Source: Stylophora pistillata (lineage: Eukaryota). From it: a stretch of DNA of 64,000 nucleotides. The notes beneath the pieces were generated by a model. The model made no database searches and was not told the DNA's origin. It saw nothing but the letters and a program-made list of their open reading frames with translations. The position numbers were made by a program, and so were the translations under genes. The stretch is taken from contig NW_019217946.1 in assembly GCF_002571385.2 (NCBI RefSeq), positions 74,515-138,514 on the forward strand. The letters run 5' to 3'. Shown here piece by piece: positions 1 through 14,300 of the stretch; within the stretch, counting starts at the first letter, position 1; each line of letters begins with the position of its first letter.

Positions 1-609
1 GGGTACCTCAGTATGCGTGAAGAGTTGGTATTAGAAGACTATGGGGAGGACCCGTTGAGAGAGATTTGACTAGGTTCCAGGTTGACCGCGCATTAACAGT
101 CTCTCAGCTGCACAAGAAGTTCCTTCCACGCATTAGAAGAATTCCGAACGGCCGTTAATTTGAAATTCTCGCTGGATTGGTTGCTCGACAAACCGAGTTT
201 TGTGGGATTTTTTTCGGTGAACTTAAAAGGAAACTATTTAGCTTTCGTGCTGCCGAATTTTGATTCGAGGGAAAGTATTTAAGTGTTGTTTTCGAGCGAT
301 TTTGGCGAGCATGTGTCAACAGAAGTTTCCGACCTTCCCGTATTTTATGCACAGTAATTTAGGGCGTCAAGCTGAAACACATCAAAACGGCCTCAAATCG
401 CAAGGAGAAAAACACAGACTACTCACTACGAAGGTAAGACTTTATTTCTTTGATTATTTCACACAAATTTACATTTACGGAGCTCAAAAGTAAGTCCAAC
501 TAAACCACTATACAAACTCTTTAATTTTTCATTGTGAAAGAGCCTGTGACAGAGCTTGGGCGACCTGTGCACAGAGGTGATGTCGTCATGAGAAATAAGA
601 TGCCAGTAA

Positions 610-837
610 GGGACCGACTATTTAACTTTTGACGGGGGGTGGTGGGTGATTTCTGGTCATCAAGAAATTTTTTTTGTAGCAATCTGCTGGGCAAGATATT
701 TTTCCGTCCTAAATGCTCTTTTTTTTTTGTTACATTTGGGCTGCATGCAATTTTTTTCTTCCAACATGCGCTTGCAGGAAATTTTAGTCAAAATAACCCA
801 TCCCCCCCCCCACCCCAAAAGTTAAATGGTCGGCCCC
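610..837. mobile_element. PIF/Harbinger-type MITE
   Basis: 22-bp terminal inverted repeats (GGGACCGACTATTTAACTTTTG and the reverse complement of CAAAAGTTAAATGGTCGGCCCC, 2 mismatches), TAA on both flanks, no coding capacity. Confidence 0.75.
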
Positions 838-1494
838 TAAATCGTAAGAGTCAAAGTGTTAGATTGGCTATTGGCCAAATTAGACAAACCAGTCGGGCAA
901 AGTATGTTCTCGCGCGCGGAAAGAGCATACGACCTCAGATATCAGATTAACAAAACAAAAACTAAAATAACATACCATGAAGACAATGTCCATCAGTATA
1001 TAAAAAGCTTATCTTTAATTTCTCTGTAATTCATATAAACAACTGTCGTTCAAATTCTATTACATTCAGTCACATCTTTGCATGAATTTCTGGTAATAGA
1101 AACTTCTGGGAAATTAATGATTCAATATTGTTAATTGATTAACGCACTAAGAGAATACTTAGCTTGTTATTTGAAATATGCTTCTGAAAACTGCCTTGAT
1201 TAGGATTATGACATTCTAGAGGAGAGCGAGTAGATTTTCAAACGAAACAGGATCGTTTGAAACTATAAACTGTGGACAATGGGATGTCTTGAAAGCATTT
1301 GGATAAACAACAAATAGCTTAAAAATTCTTTTCGTCTACAAATGCAGTAAAGCGTGAAGCTAAAAACACTAATATCATGCAACATCACCGACGCTTGACG
1401 CAAGGAAAACAGACATTTTAGCGACTTAAATTCATTTCGGGCAGTCGTTGAAAGCCTACTGGTAGGAACTAAGTGAGGTAGTCATGTAAATTTT

Positions 1495-2720
1495 TTACTT
1501 AGATTTCCTACGCAAACTGTTAAGTATAGGACTTCTTCTAAGCCATGAGCTACCCTTAGTTGGCAATGTTTGCACTCTTCGGGCGTAGAATGCATCAATA
1601 AGTCCATGCACCATGTCCTCGATACCCCACGCCATTTTGGCTGAAGTTATCGTCCACAATACGTTCCATTCCTTCTCAGCGACGCATTTAGTGTTCACTA
1701 AAGATCCATCATTCATTTTCATATCTAAAGCATGTCCATCTATGACGACGTCTGATTTGTTAGCTACAACCATAACTGGCAAAGTATTGCCTCGTTCTTG
1801 AAACACTTCCTCTCTTAGCTCGCGAAGCCGCTCAAAAGAGCGCGGATTGTCCAGAGAGTACACAAGCAAAATGGCGTCTGCCTTGTTAATGTCCACTTTC
1901 CGCATGGCTGGGAAATTCTCCGAGCCACAAGTGTCTATGATATCCACTTGGTAATTTTTGTCGTTGTAGACAATCTGCTTGGAGTAAAAGTCTTCTATGG
2001 TCGGTTCATAGTCGTTTTGAAATGTCTCCCCAAGGAAGGTCCGAATCAAGGATGATTTTCCTGTCCTGGCTTCCCCGAAAACTGCAACGGTGAATTTTTT
2101 CAAGTACGTCGAACTACGTTTCTTGACTGCAGCTATTCTCTCTTCTTTCACTTGTTTCTTCATTCTCAGAGACTTTCGTGGAGCGTTATTCCTTTCCTCC
2201 GAATAGGCTTGAACTCGCCTTGAGTAAGCAAATAGGCGAAGCAAGAGTTAGGAATATTGTGATTTCGATTACACAACTATTTTCCTTTTCAACCGCGTGA
2301 TAAATCCTCTTAAAACAGCTGCCAACAGTTTCGTCACGCGCAATACAACACAACTCAACGGGAGTAATTTTAACTTGCTAAATCCTAATTAACCTGCACT
2401 GCTGTATCAACAGAGCATCCACCTTTATGTAAGAAATACGGCGGTGACTGCTCCAGATATTCAGGACGTGAAGATAATGACGACAATAGGGTTAGAATTT
2501 CATCGCATTCTAGAATATCACGAAAGGAGATTATTTTTCATTTCTGCGCCCACTTTGCAGACCTCATGCATTGCAGGAAGTAGGAGCGGTTTTGTAACTG
2601 ACAAGACTGTTTGTGCAACGGCTTGTCTATCTAAACAACCTAGCCTGACATATTGGTTGAATGTATACTTCCTAACGAGGAGAAAAAAAATATAACAAAC
2701 TGATAACAAACTCACCTCAT
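1495..2720 (-). CDS. Ras-family small GTPase, RASD(Dexras/Rhes)/Di-Ras-like, ~242 aa; exons 2720-2716 and 2218-1495
   Basis: G1 GEARTGKSS, effector loop YEPTIEDFY, G3 DTCG followed by FPAMR (typical of RASD/Di-Ras), G4 NKSD, G5 SAK. The ORF track starts at TTG just after an in-frame TAA. A better start is ATGAG|gtgagt at 2720-2716, spliced in phase 2 to a CTAAC/polypyrimidine/AAG acceptor at 2218, giving MRRVQAYSEERNN... Confidence 0.9.
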
Positions 2721-3776
2721 ACTGCCGCTTTCCTCCACGTAGGGTGTCACACACCCGCGCGACCTTTTCTTAACCACGTACCAGAAAAAGTCTATTCCCG
2801 AGTGAAGCTAATCCGCAAGTGAGGCAGATTGGAGCTGTTATAACTTTCTGACCGCATTGAATTCGATGAGTCATGATCGAGTTGGTAACATTTGAAATTT
2901 CCATATTTCTAGGCTGATCTGATGGCATATCTCTATAGTTACGTCTGTCTGTGTTTTTGAACACTACTTTCTCAAGCGTGACGTTTTACCGTAGTCGATA
3001 TATGGAAAACAAGGTGCAACGTTATTTCAACAATTTTGCCCTTGTGAAATTTCCGTAAGCGGTAAATGCGGTTAAGACTCGGTGCAGCCCAAGTCAATTA
3101 CAGTTAATTGACGCTAATTTCGAAATATCCTTGTAAAAATTGCTGAAGAGTAACGAGTTACAACCTCTCGGAATCTGTCAGCTATTCGGAGCATTTAAAG
3201 GATCTTATCAGATGGCCATCACTTGAGAGGCAAAGAGTGCTTTTTGGGTGACTATAAAGTCGGGGGTAGTGTGTTTATTTGTTGACATATTTAGTCATGT
3301 ACAGTTCATTTGAGAAAGCAGATTACATTCGCAACTTTCCTCTTTGATTGGAACTCGTGGTCGGAAAACGGAAAAAATAGAGAAGTCTGATCGTAATTTC
3401 CATGAAAACGTTTCTAAAATATCACACTAAAGCTGATTTCGGAAATTCTTGGGTTTCAGTCTTCCTATACCCACGGGTTCAGCGATATGTTTGAGACTTA
3501 AACCAAGAATTCTGTGAATTCTTCGGTCGTAGTGTCCGGTGTTTGATAAATTACAACGATTTCCGATCCTAAACGTGCAAAAGCTGATGAACCTTCTTTA
3601 TACAAATTGGAAAAATTTCCGAAACCACACCAATGACTGGAAATAGTATGTCTAAGGCTTCATCAGGAAATCTTTTGCAATTTTAGACCGATCGATTCCG
3701 AATACATCCTTGGGCGATAAACTTTCAAAAAATGAATGTAGTACGCAAAATCTTGGGTAACTGCGTTACTAAATAT

Positions 3777-4377
3777 CTGTAAATATCTCTCTTAAATTTG
3801 CTGACAGGCTTTCGAATTAAAAGACCTCAAGTACGAAAAAAGGGAAATTGTGTTGCCACCGATCGTAAATAAATCCGATTATCTTTAATTTGCGAGCGAC
3901 TATCGTGGGACATGATCTGGTCCAAAAATTTTACATGAATACGAGATTGACTCTATTGGGTTAGTGTGGATTTACTCAGTCCGTTGGTAAATTTACTCAG
4001 TCTTTGGTAGTATCATGTAGACAAACGAGATTTTGTTACATTGAGTGTTTTTTGCTACAACAAGGATCGGACCGAGGATCGAAAAAAACATGGAATCACA
4101 CCCCCTTCCCTGTGCAATAGTTTTAGCGTGATCAACAGTAATTTGAACCTGGGTCGCCTCTTTTCGGAAAACGAGTTTGAAATCTGAAACGAGCAACAAA
4201 CAACCACATCCCGGCCAGGTTCCTGTAAATATCTCTCTTAAATTTGCTGACAGGCTTTCGAATTAAAAGACCTCAAATACGAAAAAAGGGAAATTGTGTT
4301 GCCACGATCGTAAATAAATCCGATTATCTTTAATTTGCGAGCGACTATCGTGGCACATGATCTGGTCCAAAAATTTT
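3777..4377 (+). repeat. ~155-bp direct duplication (3777-3932 and 4223-4377)
   Basis: CTGTAAATATCTCTCTTAAATTTGCTGACAGG...GGTCCAAAAATTTT occurs twice with only a few differences. Confidence 0.9.
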
Positions 4378-7051
4378 GAGATGTTTGTTGAAGACCTATA
4401 TCAAATTTGACATTTGCTGTTATCAAAAAACATAACAGTCGACTCCGGACTCTAAATATGTTCTACAGACCCCCAAGACACAATAACAATTATGTGTGCG
4501 GTCGAAGAACGTGTCATAATAAAAAATAGACCTCCGAAAGGATTTGCATTTACGTATTTTAGATCAATATCTAAATGACTGCTACAAAAATAGATCAAAG
4601 TTCCAGTGACATGCATAGCCGATTTAAAGGTCTTTTTTAAGCCAAGTATGTAAACCTGACTTCCATGTCACGTTATATTACTTATTGATAACTACCGTTC
4701 TTGTCCAAGGGAGAGAAGAAAACCTTAAGCAGATGTAAAGAATTATTGAAAACGATTCCTGCGTGAGATATATGGTTTTCAGAGCTCGCCGATTGACTAT
4801 GATAACGAATTATCTTGTTGACAAAACACCTTTAATAGGTACGTGTCCCGAATTTGTATAATTATCGATAGATAATCGCATGATAATCCTGTCAGGCGAG
4901 AATGAAAGTCACGTTATGTATCCCTTTAACAAAATGGTTTGGTGGAGCTCCCAGGCTTCGTATTTTCAAAGTTTATTTTCCATATTTCTGAGTGAGTTAC
5001 CTTTGTATTTTGATACTAAGATACTGATGCTTGTTGTTTTTATTGTTTTGGATTCACTGCTAAACAACGTAGGAAATGCAGTTGAAAATCAAACCAATCA
5101 GATTTAGACGATTTACTTATTAATCCACATTAAAGCATGAACTTTGTCTGAATGGTCGTCAGTAATCCACCCGCTTATCCCCAAATTCAATCATTTCAGT
5201 CGGTTGCTTTCTTTTCTTTCTTTTCTTTCTTTAAGTTTTGTCATTCAGTCACTAGTAAATAGATACATTCTTCTTCTGTCCAAAACCTGACAGAAATCTC
5301 TGTCTGAAAATTGTTCGGTGATAATCTTTTTATTTTATTTCTTTCCTGATAGGAAGTGGAATAAGATATTAAATGAAGTTCTAGTACAACATTAATTATA
5401 AGGATTTACATCTCGGAGAAATTGGTGTAATGTAGATGGTATCACTAGGCTTACCGTGGGGATTTAAATCTGAGGATACGCAGTGCAAAAAGACGAGCCT
5501 TAAAAATGGCCCAAAACGAAAATCTCCCATCACCACTACATACACCATGTGCAAGCGTAGCCATTTAGCGGTTTGTATTTTTGATATTTGAACAGAGAAA
5601 CAAACTGATATACAGTCATGATTAGTCTATATTTACAATAACCGGTTGACTTACCTTTTTGACTTGCTTTTTGGTCGGTTTTGAGTTTTTTACTTTCTAC
5701 TGCTAAATATTCCTTAACACTTCATCTTATAAAACTTCTTAGAGTGAAGAAATAAATATATCAAAAACAGATGCTCAAAAAACTGAAGCGTTTAATGGTT
5801 GTGCGGATACTCCAAACCATACTCTCGCCGCTTATCACGCATGCGTACGCTTGGCTGTCAACCAAAGAACAAGCGTGATTACAGCTCGCCCTACATCACT
5901 GTTATCCGGAAATCATTTACGAAACAGAATGTCGAATGAAGAGAGAGATGAATCATTCAACGAATAATTGTGTGATCATCGTTCTGGCATGAGTAATAAA
6001 AGCTTAATTACGTGAGTAACAAAAAAAAAGGAGAAAAAAAATTAAAATCTATGGAGGAAGATGATTTATTCACAGGTGGCACAGAGACCTTTCTTTTTCT
6101 TTCTTGTTCAGACCATTCTGGCTTTGATCTCTGATATCTTTTTTAGTGAAAAGATCTAATGATCATTCACTTTTTTTGTGCTCCATTTCATTTTGGTTCG
6201 ATCTGTTTGCCGCAGCGTTTTATTGGAAAAAACGATATGCTGAAGCGTTTTTGCTGACTAATCCAATCCGGCACAAAATTGTATTGATCACATTACATGT
6301 ACATGTATGAATATGATGTAACAATTCGTTCGCTTCGCAGCACAAATCTTCACCCCATAAAAAATCCAAAAGTCTACACCTCCAGTTAAGATCGCCACTC
6401 ATGAACATATACGGTGATTGACAGAGAATTCCAGCTTTCAGTTTACGAATTAATGATATTTTAAACATTTCCTGATGCCTGCCTTCAAGATGGCGTGAAT
6501 AAAATTTTTTTACGCATTCGGATTAGCCGTTCTTTAAATAGAACCACCCACGGATTCACGAAGATAAATTCCGATGATGGGCGAGTTCAGCCGACAGAGT
6601 ATCGACGACTCCGACACGTGCCTTTCCAAAATGGTTTCCGACTCCCTGATCGGAAACGATAACTTGAGTCGTGGTCACGGGGGAAGTATTTGCCCCTATG
6701 CTGAAATCGTGAAATGTTAGAATTTGAGCGGAAATCAATGGGGAAAAGAGCGAATACAAAATTTGTTTTCCTTTGACTTTGATCTGTTCATTTTAGTTAC
6801 GTCTGGTATTTTTGGACGGGAAAAGTGAAAACTTGCCTGACAAAGCAATTTGAACAATTTCCAGATTCTCAAGCCAAATATCACTGAGTAGTTTGTGCAC
6901 GCTACTGCCCCATTCCACTGAAATAATACAAGGATCCCATTCGCGGTGTGGTTATCCCAAACTATTACCTGACCTTTTGGCACTAGGAACAACTCCCTAG
7001 TTAATTTTAATAACAAACGTGCTTGGTTTTTAATAACAAACGTGCTTGGCT

Positions 7052-7207
7052 TCGCTCCGACGAAGGGTTAACGCTCGAAACGTCAGCTTTTATAATCGTA
7101 ACGGTGGCCAATTTACCATTTCAACTTTGTTGATATATTCAAATTATTTCGTTACCCCCACTGACGCAGCCCCAAACAGTTTCTTAAGAAACTATCAGCC
7201 TTTATTG
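7052..7207 (+). mobile_element. Penelope-like retroelement terminal-repeat fragment with decayed minimal hammerhead motif
   Basis: CTCCGACGAAGGGTTAACGCTCGAAACGTCAGC resembles the CTGAnGA...GAAA core of Penelope-associated hammerheads. The sequence is homologous to 9700-9844. Confidence 0.6.
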
Positions 7208-8376
7208 TTTAGACATCTGTTTTCAGTTGAACTAATCCACGTACAAGTTTTGTCTTAGATAAAGCCGTAGGTTGTTTTGGGCGTCGATCCCAAATCTAGT
7301 GTCAGCGGTCACGTTTCGGGGAGATTTAATTTTTTTGCATTTATGTCAAATAAAGCATTTGAATATTGCGTTCACCGGCCTCTGAAAACGAATGCAGTCA
7401 GTATTTACAGTCGCCAAGATATAAAATTTTCCCTTTATTGGTAGAGAAGATCTTACATGAAACAGCTTGCATATCGCTCAGCATGAACTGTAATCAAGAA
7501 GATTGAAAGGTTGATTCGCTGAAAAAATGAAGCGAGATACAGTAACTGCGTCGCAACTGCATGAATCAAATCAAATTGTCTTGAAAAGGCGCCAAGAGGG
7601 CGTTTCGGGAGGTCAACATTCAGTTTGTTCCCTGAGCTCGATACGTCTGAAAGGAACTGAACACAGGTTCACAGAGTTGTTCATATAGCAGTACATAAAG
7701 ATATTACCTTATGAAGGTGTTTTCTCTCTCTCTCTTTTTTTTTTTTAAAAAAAAAACTCCTATAAATCAAGATTTGAGTTTGCAGAATTCTAAAACAGTC
7801 TTACTGCTACATCAAAGTCAACGTGCTCGAAGCTATACACTTCCCTCATCTGTTAAAAATCTGCTTAAGTTGGACTGTAGTAAAGGAATCTACGGAGATG
7901 ATGATGGTCTGGATGCTCAACTTTGATCATGCGATTTGAATATGTGATTTATTGCTTGGTAAAGGAAAAAGGGCAGAAAGAAGGCGTCATTACTAGTTAT
8001 ACGGAGCCCCTCGGCCCTCTTCCACAAAGATTCTCTTGTCTGGCGTATGCTAAAGTGTACCGCTAAATATCGGTCTTCACAGCCATTACAGGCATTAGCA
8101 CGAGAAAAGATCTCCCCCTTTGATGCTTAGATCCGTGGAATTCGGGAAAGAACAACCTTGCCCTCCTCGTTCACTCAGGAAAGGGACGCTAGGGTGAAAG
8201 AAGGTTGAATTTATCGCGCGAGTAGACGCGCGAGGCAACTAGAAGAATCTTAAGCTCCCGGTATACCTTTCGGCATGCAAAAGTTATGATGGCGGAAAAC
8301 ATCATCGGTATTTAGATTCATCGGTATTTATAATGACATTCGCGAAATAATCTTTTCTGCCCCAAGCAATTTAACC

Positions 8377-11300
8377 ATGTCCACTAACGAAGGAATAACT
8401 CTCGCTTCGGTGCGGGAGTTTTTAGTCAAAAACAATGGAAAAGTGAAAAACATAGATTTAGTGCATCATTTTCGACAACAGCTGAACGATCCAGCAAACA
8501 AAAGTGAGTCGACAACTTTGTTGTTTTCCGTTTCGATTTGACGGAATATTTTGCTTGTGTTACGTCTGTCTCATTAAAACTAAATTTTTTACCTTCTTTC
8601 AGGTAAGGTACGAGGTGAATTTAAGGAAATTGTGCACACTATTGCCACGGTACAAACTATCGATGTAAGTACGAAATCAAAGTTGTTGGCTATGTACAGC
8701 TGAGTACGTGCTTGAGCAAGAGCTACTTGTAAATGGATAAACTCGATCGATCTGTTTATTCCTCGAAACGGTTTGAGCTTAACTTCAAATTTTCTTCTTA
8801 AATATGCATTGCCAGTTAAGCAATTAGAAAGTGCCTTTCATTTAAATTATTCCCGCATATAAACAATTTGTTAACAATGGTCCGGAGCTAATTTATAGCT
8901 ATAATTTGCTTTCTATACTATTTCATTCGTGATAAATGCTAAGTATTATTTTCTGGCCTCATGTAAAGGCCAATATTGGCATAGATGATAATCACATACT
9001 CGCTGAAACCACTTTTGTTAAATTATGCAAAATAGATTTTAAGACTACACTGTACATCAATTTTAGAGGCATTTTAAGAACTGGCAATGGTTATTAAATA
9101 GAGATACAATGTAATTTAAATGTGAAAGCTTTCAGTCCTTGTTTCATAAATCCAGTGCTTACGTGTAGTTTGTTTTGCTATTAGGTTTTCAAAATTATTA
9201 TCCCCACCAGTCTTCTGTTTCATGTGTATGTTGCTATTTATTATGATTTTTTTGTAAAAACGAGTTCAAATCAGTGTAATTTGTGTTTTATTTCAATATT
9301 ATGTGTAATCTAAAGCAGTAAAAAGAACAAACTACTTTTATTTACATGCAGTCCATTTGGTCAAACTACAACATATGTATTAAGGTGATAGTGAACAAAT
9401 AAAGGGTTGAATAATGGATATATCTAAAGGATAAATTTTGGGTGGTCTGTAAGTGAACATGTGAATACCACTGGCATTTGGAAGGTAAAACTTGACCCTG
9501 TAGAGAGGGTGTTCATGTCTGGAATGATATTTGTTATTTGATAACCTGCTACATGCCTTCCTTTATGTCCTAGCTTCATTAGCTTACCAGGCCTAAAGTA
9601 AAATGGTAATTTGGTTCTATCAACTAAGATGAAATTGTAAATTAGCCACTGTAATGAATAATAAAGCAGACATTTCGAGCATTAGCCCTTTGTCAGAGCA
9701 AAGGGCTAACGCTTGAAACGTCAGCTTTTTTATTTGTTACAGTAGCTAATTTACAATTTCTACTTAGTTGATATAACCAATGAAATTATCTTGTTGCCCT
9801 CACAAACACAGCACCACAGTTTCTTTAGAAACTTTCAGCCTTTAAAGTAAAATGGCACTGGGCTGTTGTGAGTGTCAATAGTCACAACTCCACAAAGGAG
9901 ATCTGGTGTTTGATTTTTGAAGTAAAGTAATGTGGCCATTGAGTGTTGATTAATTCTCCGGCCCTAGTGGTTTGATGAAGTGGATAATGCTTTACATTAA
10001 ATTACAGTAAAATAATTCATTAAATTTTGTTTTCTCTGCAATACAACAGGGAGAGAAGTACTTTGTACTTAAGAAGCCTAAAGAAGCTCCTGCAGTGCTT
10101 CGTAAACCACCCAGGCCATCTAATAAGGCACGGCCTGTATCTCTTCCACCTGTTTTCCGAGGAGTAAAGCTGGAAGAAATGCCGGTAGGCTCAGGGCAAC
10201 AATCACATGCCAGAACCCCGTCAATAACAGGAGATGAATCTCCAGTCCTCAGTCATCCAAATAAGGAAAACAGACCTTTGGAGAAAAGAGAGGGAACAGA
10301 TAGCATGAGTCACTTGGCTAGTTCAGGATCTGTAGACAGTGGTCTAGAGTCCAATGTGAGTTCATTCACATTTTTATAACTGGTTCTCTATAATGTTTAT
10401 TTGAGTTTGAAATGTATGATTGATAAAGTTTTGTACATTTAATTGTATCCTAAAATGCTCTAATGGCTTTTGTGGTTCTAAAAGGTAACAGAGGCTTTGG
10501 AAGTTACAGTACATTCAATCTTAAAGTGATGAGTTCAGAGTTTGAAAAATTAATTGTTAGAGTGGCATCTGTCCTGTCCATTAAAATGTGACTTTTTCTT
10601 CAGTGTTTTCATTTCAAAGACTGGGACAGTTGTAAATTATGAATTAAATGTGTTAATACTTGTTTATAGGGTGGCTCAGTGGGAAGTATGTCTGCTTCAA
10701 CTTTCAAAATGCTGCAAAGTCAGTTTCTAACTGGTGGCAGCGGATCCACTTCTAATATTCAGCCAGAAAGATTGTCACGAAGCAATGATGACCTAGTGAG
10801 TACTAATTTCTATCAGACCACTATATACCTGTACATCAGGTTGTTGATCTGGACTTTAGTGGTCACAAAGTGCTTGTATATATACAGTGTAGGAGTTATT
10901 TAGTATTCTTACATAAATGTATAATTTTACTTGTGGTCAATAAAAGGAGGCTTGAATAGTAAGTGATTGACAGATGTTTGGTTGGGCAGCCAAACTGTGG
11001 AGGTGGAGTAACTTGTAAAGGATTTCCAAGAATTTTGCTAAACAATTTATTTATGGTCACAATATAATAATAATTATAATTATTATAACTCAATGCCATT
11101 TGTTGATGAAAAATCATCAGTTAAAAAATAATCTCCAACATAATTTCCTCAACAGTAAATGGTAACAATAGTAATTCAGCGCAATAATGTTTTTTAATGA
11201 CAAATTGTACCACTAATGTAAAGAAATAAATGAAAAAACGCAATGAAAAGGGTTTTTCTTTTAATTAATTATTAACCTTTCCATCTTACTCCACATGTTT

Positions 11301-14300
11301 CCACCCTTGACATCAACATGCATATTCTCCATACTGTCCTCTATACATTTCCTAACTACTGACTAAGAGAATTTGTATAACAATCTAGAGCTTTTAAGTT
11401 TGTGAACATTTGTCTTATTCTCATGATGTGAATGTGTGATTTAGGGGTGATGGTATAAGGAGATATAGAATGATAGTTACTAGCTAGAGCTGTTCACAGC
11501 TTGCCAAAATTGTTGCGAGAGGTCATGCTTTAACAGGGCTGTGGTCTGGCTGTGCCCAGTGGTCCCTGGTGCCTTACTTTTGCTCTTGGGTGACTCAGGA
11601 ATCTTACTTTTTTCATAAAAAAGCATATGCTGGGCACCCTGGATTTCACAGTTTCAGAGCACTGGGCACCCTGGATTTCACAGTTTCAGAGCACTAGGCT
11701 TCCTTTAATTTTTCTTAGAGCACAGCCTTGTTTAAGAATGCTGCTTATATGGATCAAGCTGAGGGTGTTTCAGACTTATTTTCTCTACTTCCAATTATAT
11801 CTTGAAAGCCATCTTGATTTAAAATAAGGTCTTAAATTTGTTCATGTCTGACTCAATACTGTTCTTGTACATGTATGATTATGTACGTTGACTGTGTTGT
11901 GGTTCAAATATTTCTTTTAAGAGGTTTAATTTTTTGAAAAGCAATTTTCTATTTTTGTTGTTGTTGTTTCTGGTCACAATTATCACAGTGAGCACTTCAT
12001 AAAATTAATACATGTAAGAAAGAAGATTGGCTTGTACATGGTTTAGAATGATTTGAACCAAGGATTAGAATTAAGTGTGAACCACACCAACTAAAATGTA
12101 GTACATCAAAATAAACAATTTTGTGAAGAATTTGATACAGGAAATCATTTTTTTTTTCATAGGATCGAATGGAGGATGACATAGAAGGTTAGTACTATTT
12201 TACACTACATGTATAAAAAAGATTGTTGATCCTAGTTAATCTGTCAAGCACTTCCTGAGGTGTACAGTACATGACTGTACTTGTCTAGTCTTCGTGTTTC
12301 CTGTAGCTGTTTTTGAATGTTAAGTTGTAACATAGTAATTATGGTAATTGACTCTAATGAAGACTTCCACCCAAGTTGTCAAAGTGTCAGTCTCTGCTAC
12401 TGATGATATTCCTTTCTGAACTCCTTCCACCCAGACAATCAGTCTACATGTTCAATTTAAGCTGCACTCTTGACCAAAATTATGAAAACAAGCAAGCAAA
12501 CAGACATGCATATAAACTAACCAACCAACAGACAAAGAAAAGAACATGAACAAAAAAATAATAAGGAACCTGAGTTGAGTTCAACTCGATAGATATTGAT
12601 TGAAGTACTCTGGCTAGAATCCATTTCCAGTGGTGACCTGTTGAGATTCCATTTCCAGTGGTGACCTGTTGAGATCAACAAATTTGAGAAATTTAATGAG
12701 AAATATCACTAGCTCTGTTACATTAGATTATTTGTGACATTTAAACTTTATTTTTAACATTTTTAATCAAAGAAATGGTAAATTCATGATTAGCACCATA
12801 ACACTACATGCAAATTTCAAATACATAAAAGAGTCATCCGTGTTTTTATGTTAGGCTATTACCTTCTCTAAACAAATGTTAAATTTTTTTATTTTCTGCG
12901 AGTGAATATTTATTTTGAGTTGTTTTTTAAATATCAGAAAATTCCTTCGTTAAGATGTTGTGTATATTGTTTCCACTTAAGTTCAAGCAGTTTTTCACGG
13001 CAGTTATGTACGTGTATATGTTTTATTTGTCTTGTTAAGAGTCTTTTCTGTCCCTTGATAATGAAGTTTAGATCTACAAACGTGGAGGTTTTTTCTGTTA
13101 ATTTTTCATTTTGAAATGAATTTCATGGCATGTTTGATCCTGTTTTTTGATTACTGCAATTTTACATTATTTTAAGGATCTTGATTTGTATTCTTCATTT
13201 CTAAGTTTAATGATCCAGTCATATGTACTTTCTTTTGATGTGGCAAATTTCATAAATGAGTGAATTGCAAAATTTTCAATTTCTAATTATGCTAATGGAA
13301 GAGTTTCATAAACTGGGTATATTGATTTCTTTCCTGTGTCAATAATTTATCATGTATCCTTGGCACCTGCTATGACTGCTGCTTCAAATGGACTGAGGTT
13401 TACAACAAGCAGGGTTTTGTGGTTTTGTTAAACGATTTAAACACTTCTTCTCCTGCAATAAATCACAGTGGGACCCCTAGGCACGTGCGCTGTTTTGAGA
13501 TCAATTTAAGGGATTGTTGAATTTAAAGGTTTCAAATCTGTTAGTTATGGTGGTTCCTTTACATGGCTAGAGGTTTGAGAAGCAAAACTAGTGAGTGGGT
13601 ATTTTAAAATATTTTTTAAATAAGTCAGACATCTTCCTTTGAAAAGTGTTTGTAAATGTCGATTTAACCTCAGATTTCCCGTTTCTTGGGTATTTGCCCA
13701 AATAAATTTATTTCTTGCTGCTAATCCCAACAGAAACTTCAATTTAGATATTAAATGTACTTGTAAATATTGATTTTTGGGTTTTTATTTTTAATGCCTT
13801 TCAAAGGCTCTCTCTTCAGTTGATTATTTGTTTGGTGTGGCCAAGCACAACTTTTTTGGACTGTTTACTACTTGTGAATTTTAAAGATTACTATCAATAC
13901 TGACATTAGGGTCAGCGATAACTTAAAAAAACACAAAATTTGTTGGTGGCCCTGTGAGTTATAACGACCCAGTTTCCCTGCATTAAAGCAAATTTCTTAT
14001 CTGTGACAATCAACAGCACTTGTTAGAATGGCCATTTATTTAAATTATAATTTATGGTTTCAGAGCTACTCAGTGAGCACTCTTTTCATGCTCTGCAGCG
14101 TTGTAGTCTAGATAAAGTAGAAGGAATTATTTGAAGTATACAGCAAATTTAAATTTTTTTCGAATTTCATGTGCATGTATTAATTTTACTGGTGGCTACC
14201 ACATATAATGGAGATTGAGTATGAGTGTCAGGACTCAAAATTCTGGCACTGAATGCCATTATGGAATAATGAAACTCACCTCCTTACACTTACAGTATGG

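Noticed and set aside
1-600. Possible gene or transposon end at the window start
   Set aside because: Short ORFs with no recognisable motif; cannot be classified without upstream sequence.
2164-2244. Non-AUG (TTG) start of the GTPase in the ORF track
   Set aside because: 2244-2219 is better explained as a branch point, pyrimidine tract and acceptor, with an upstream ATG exon.
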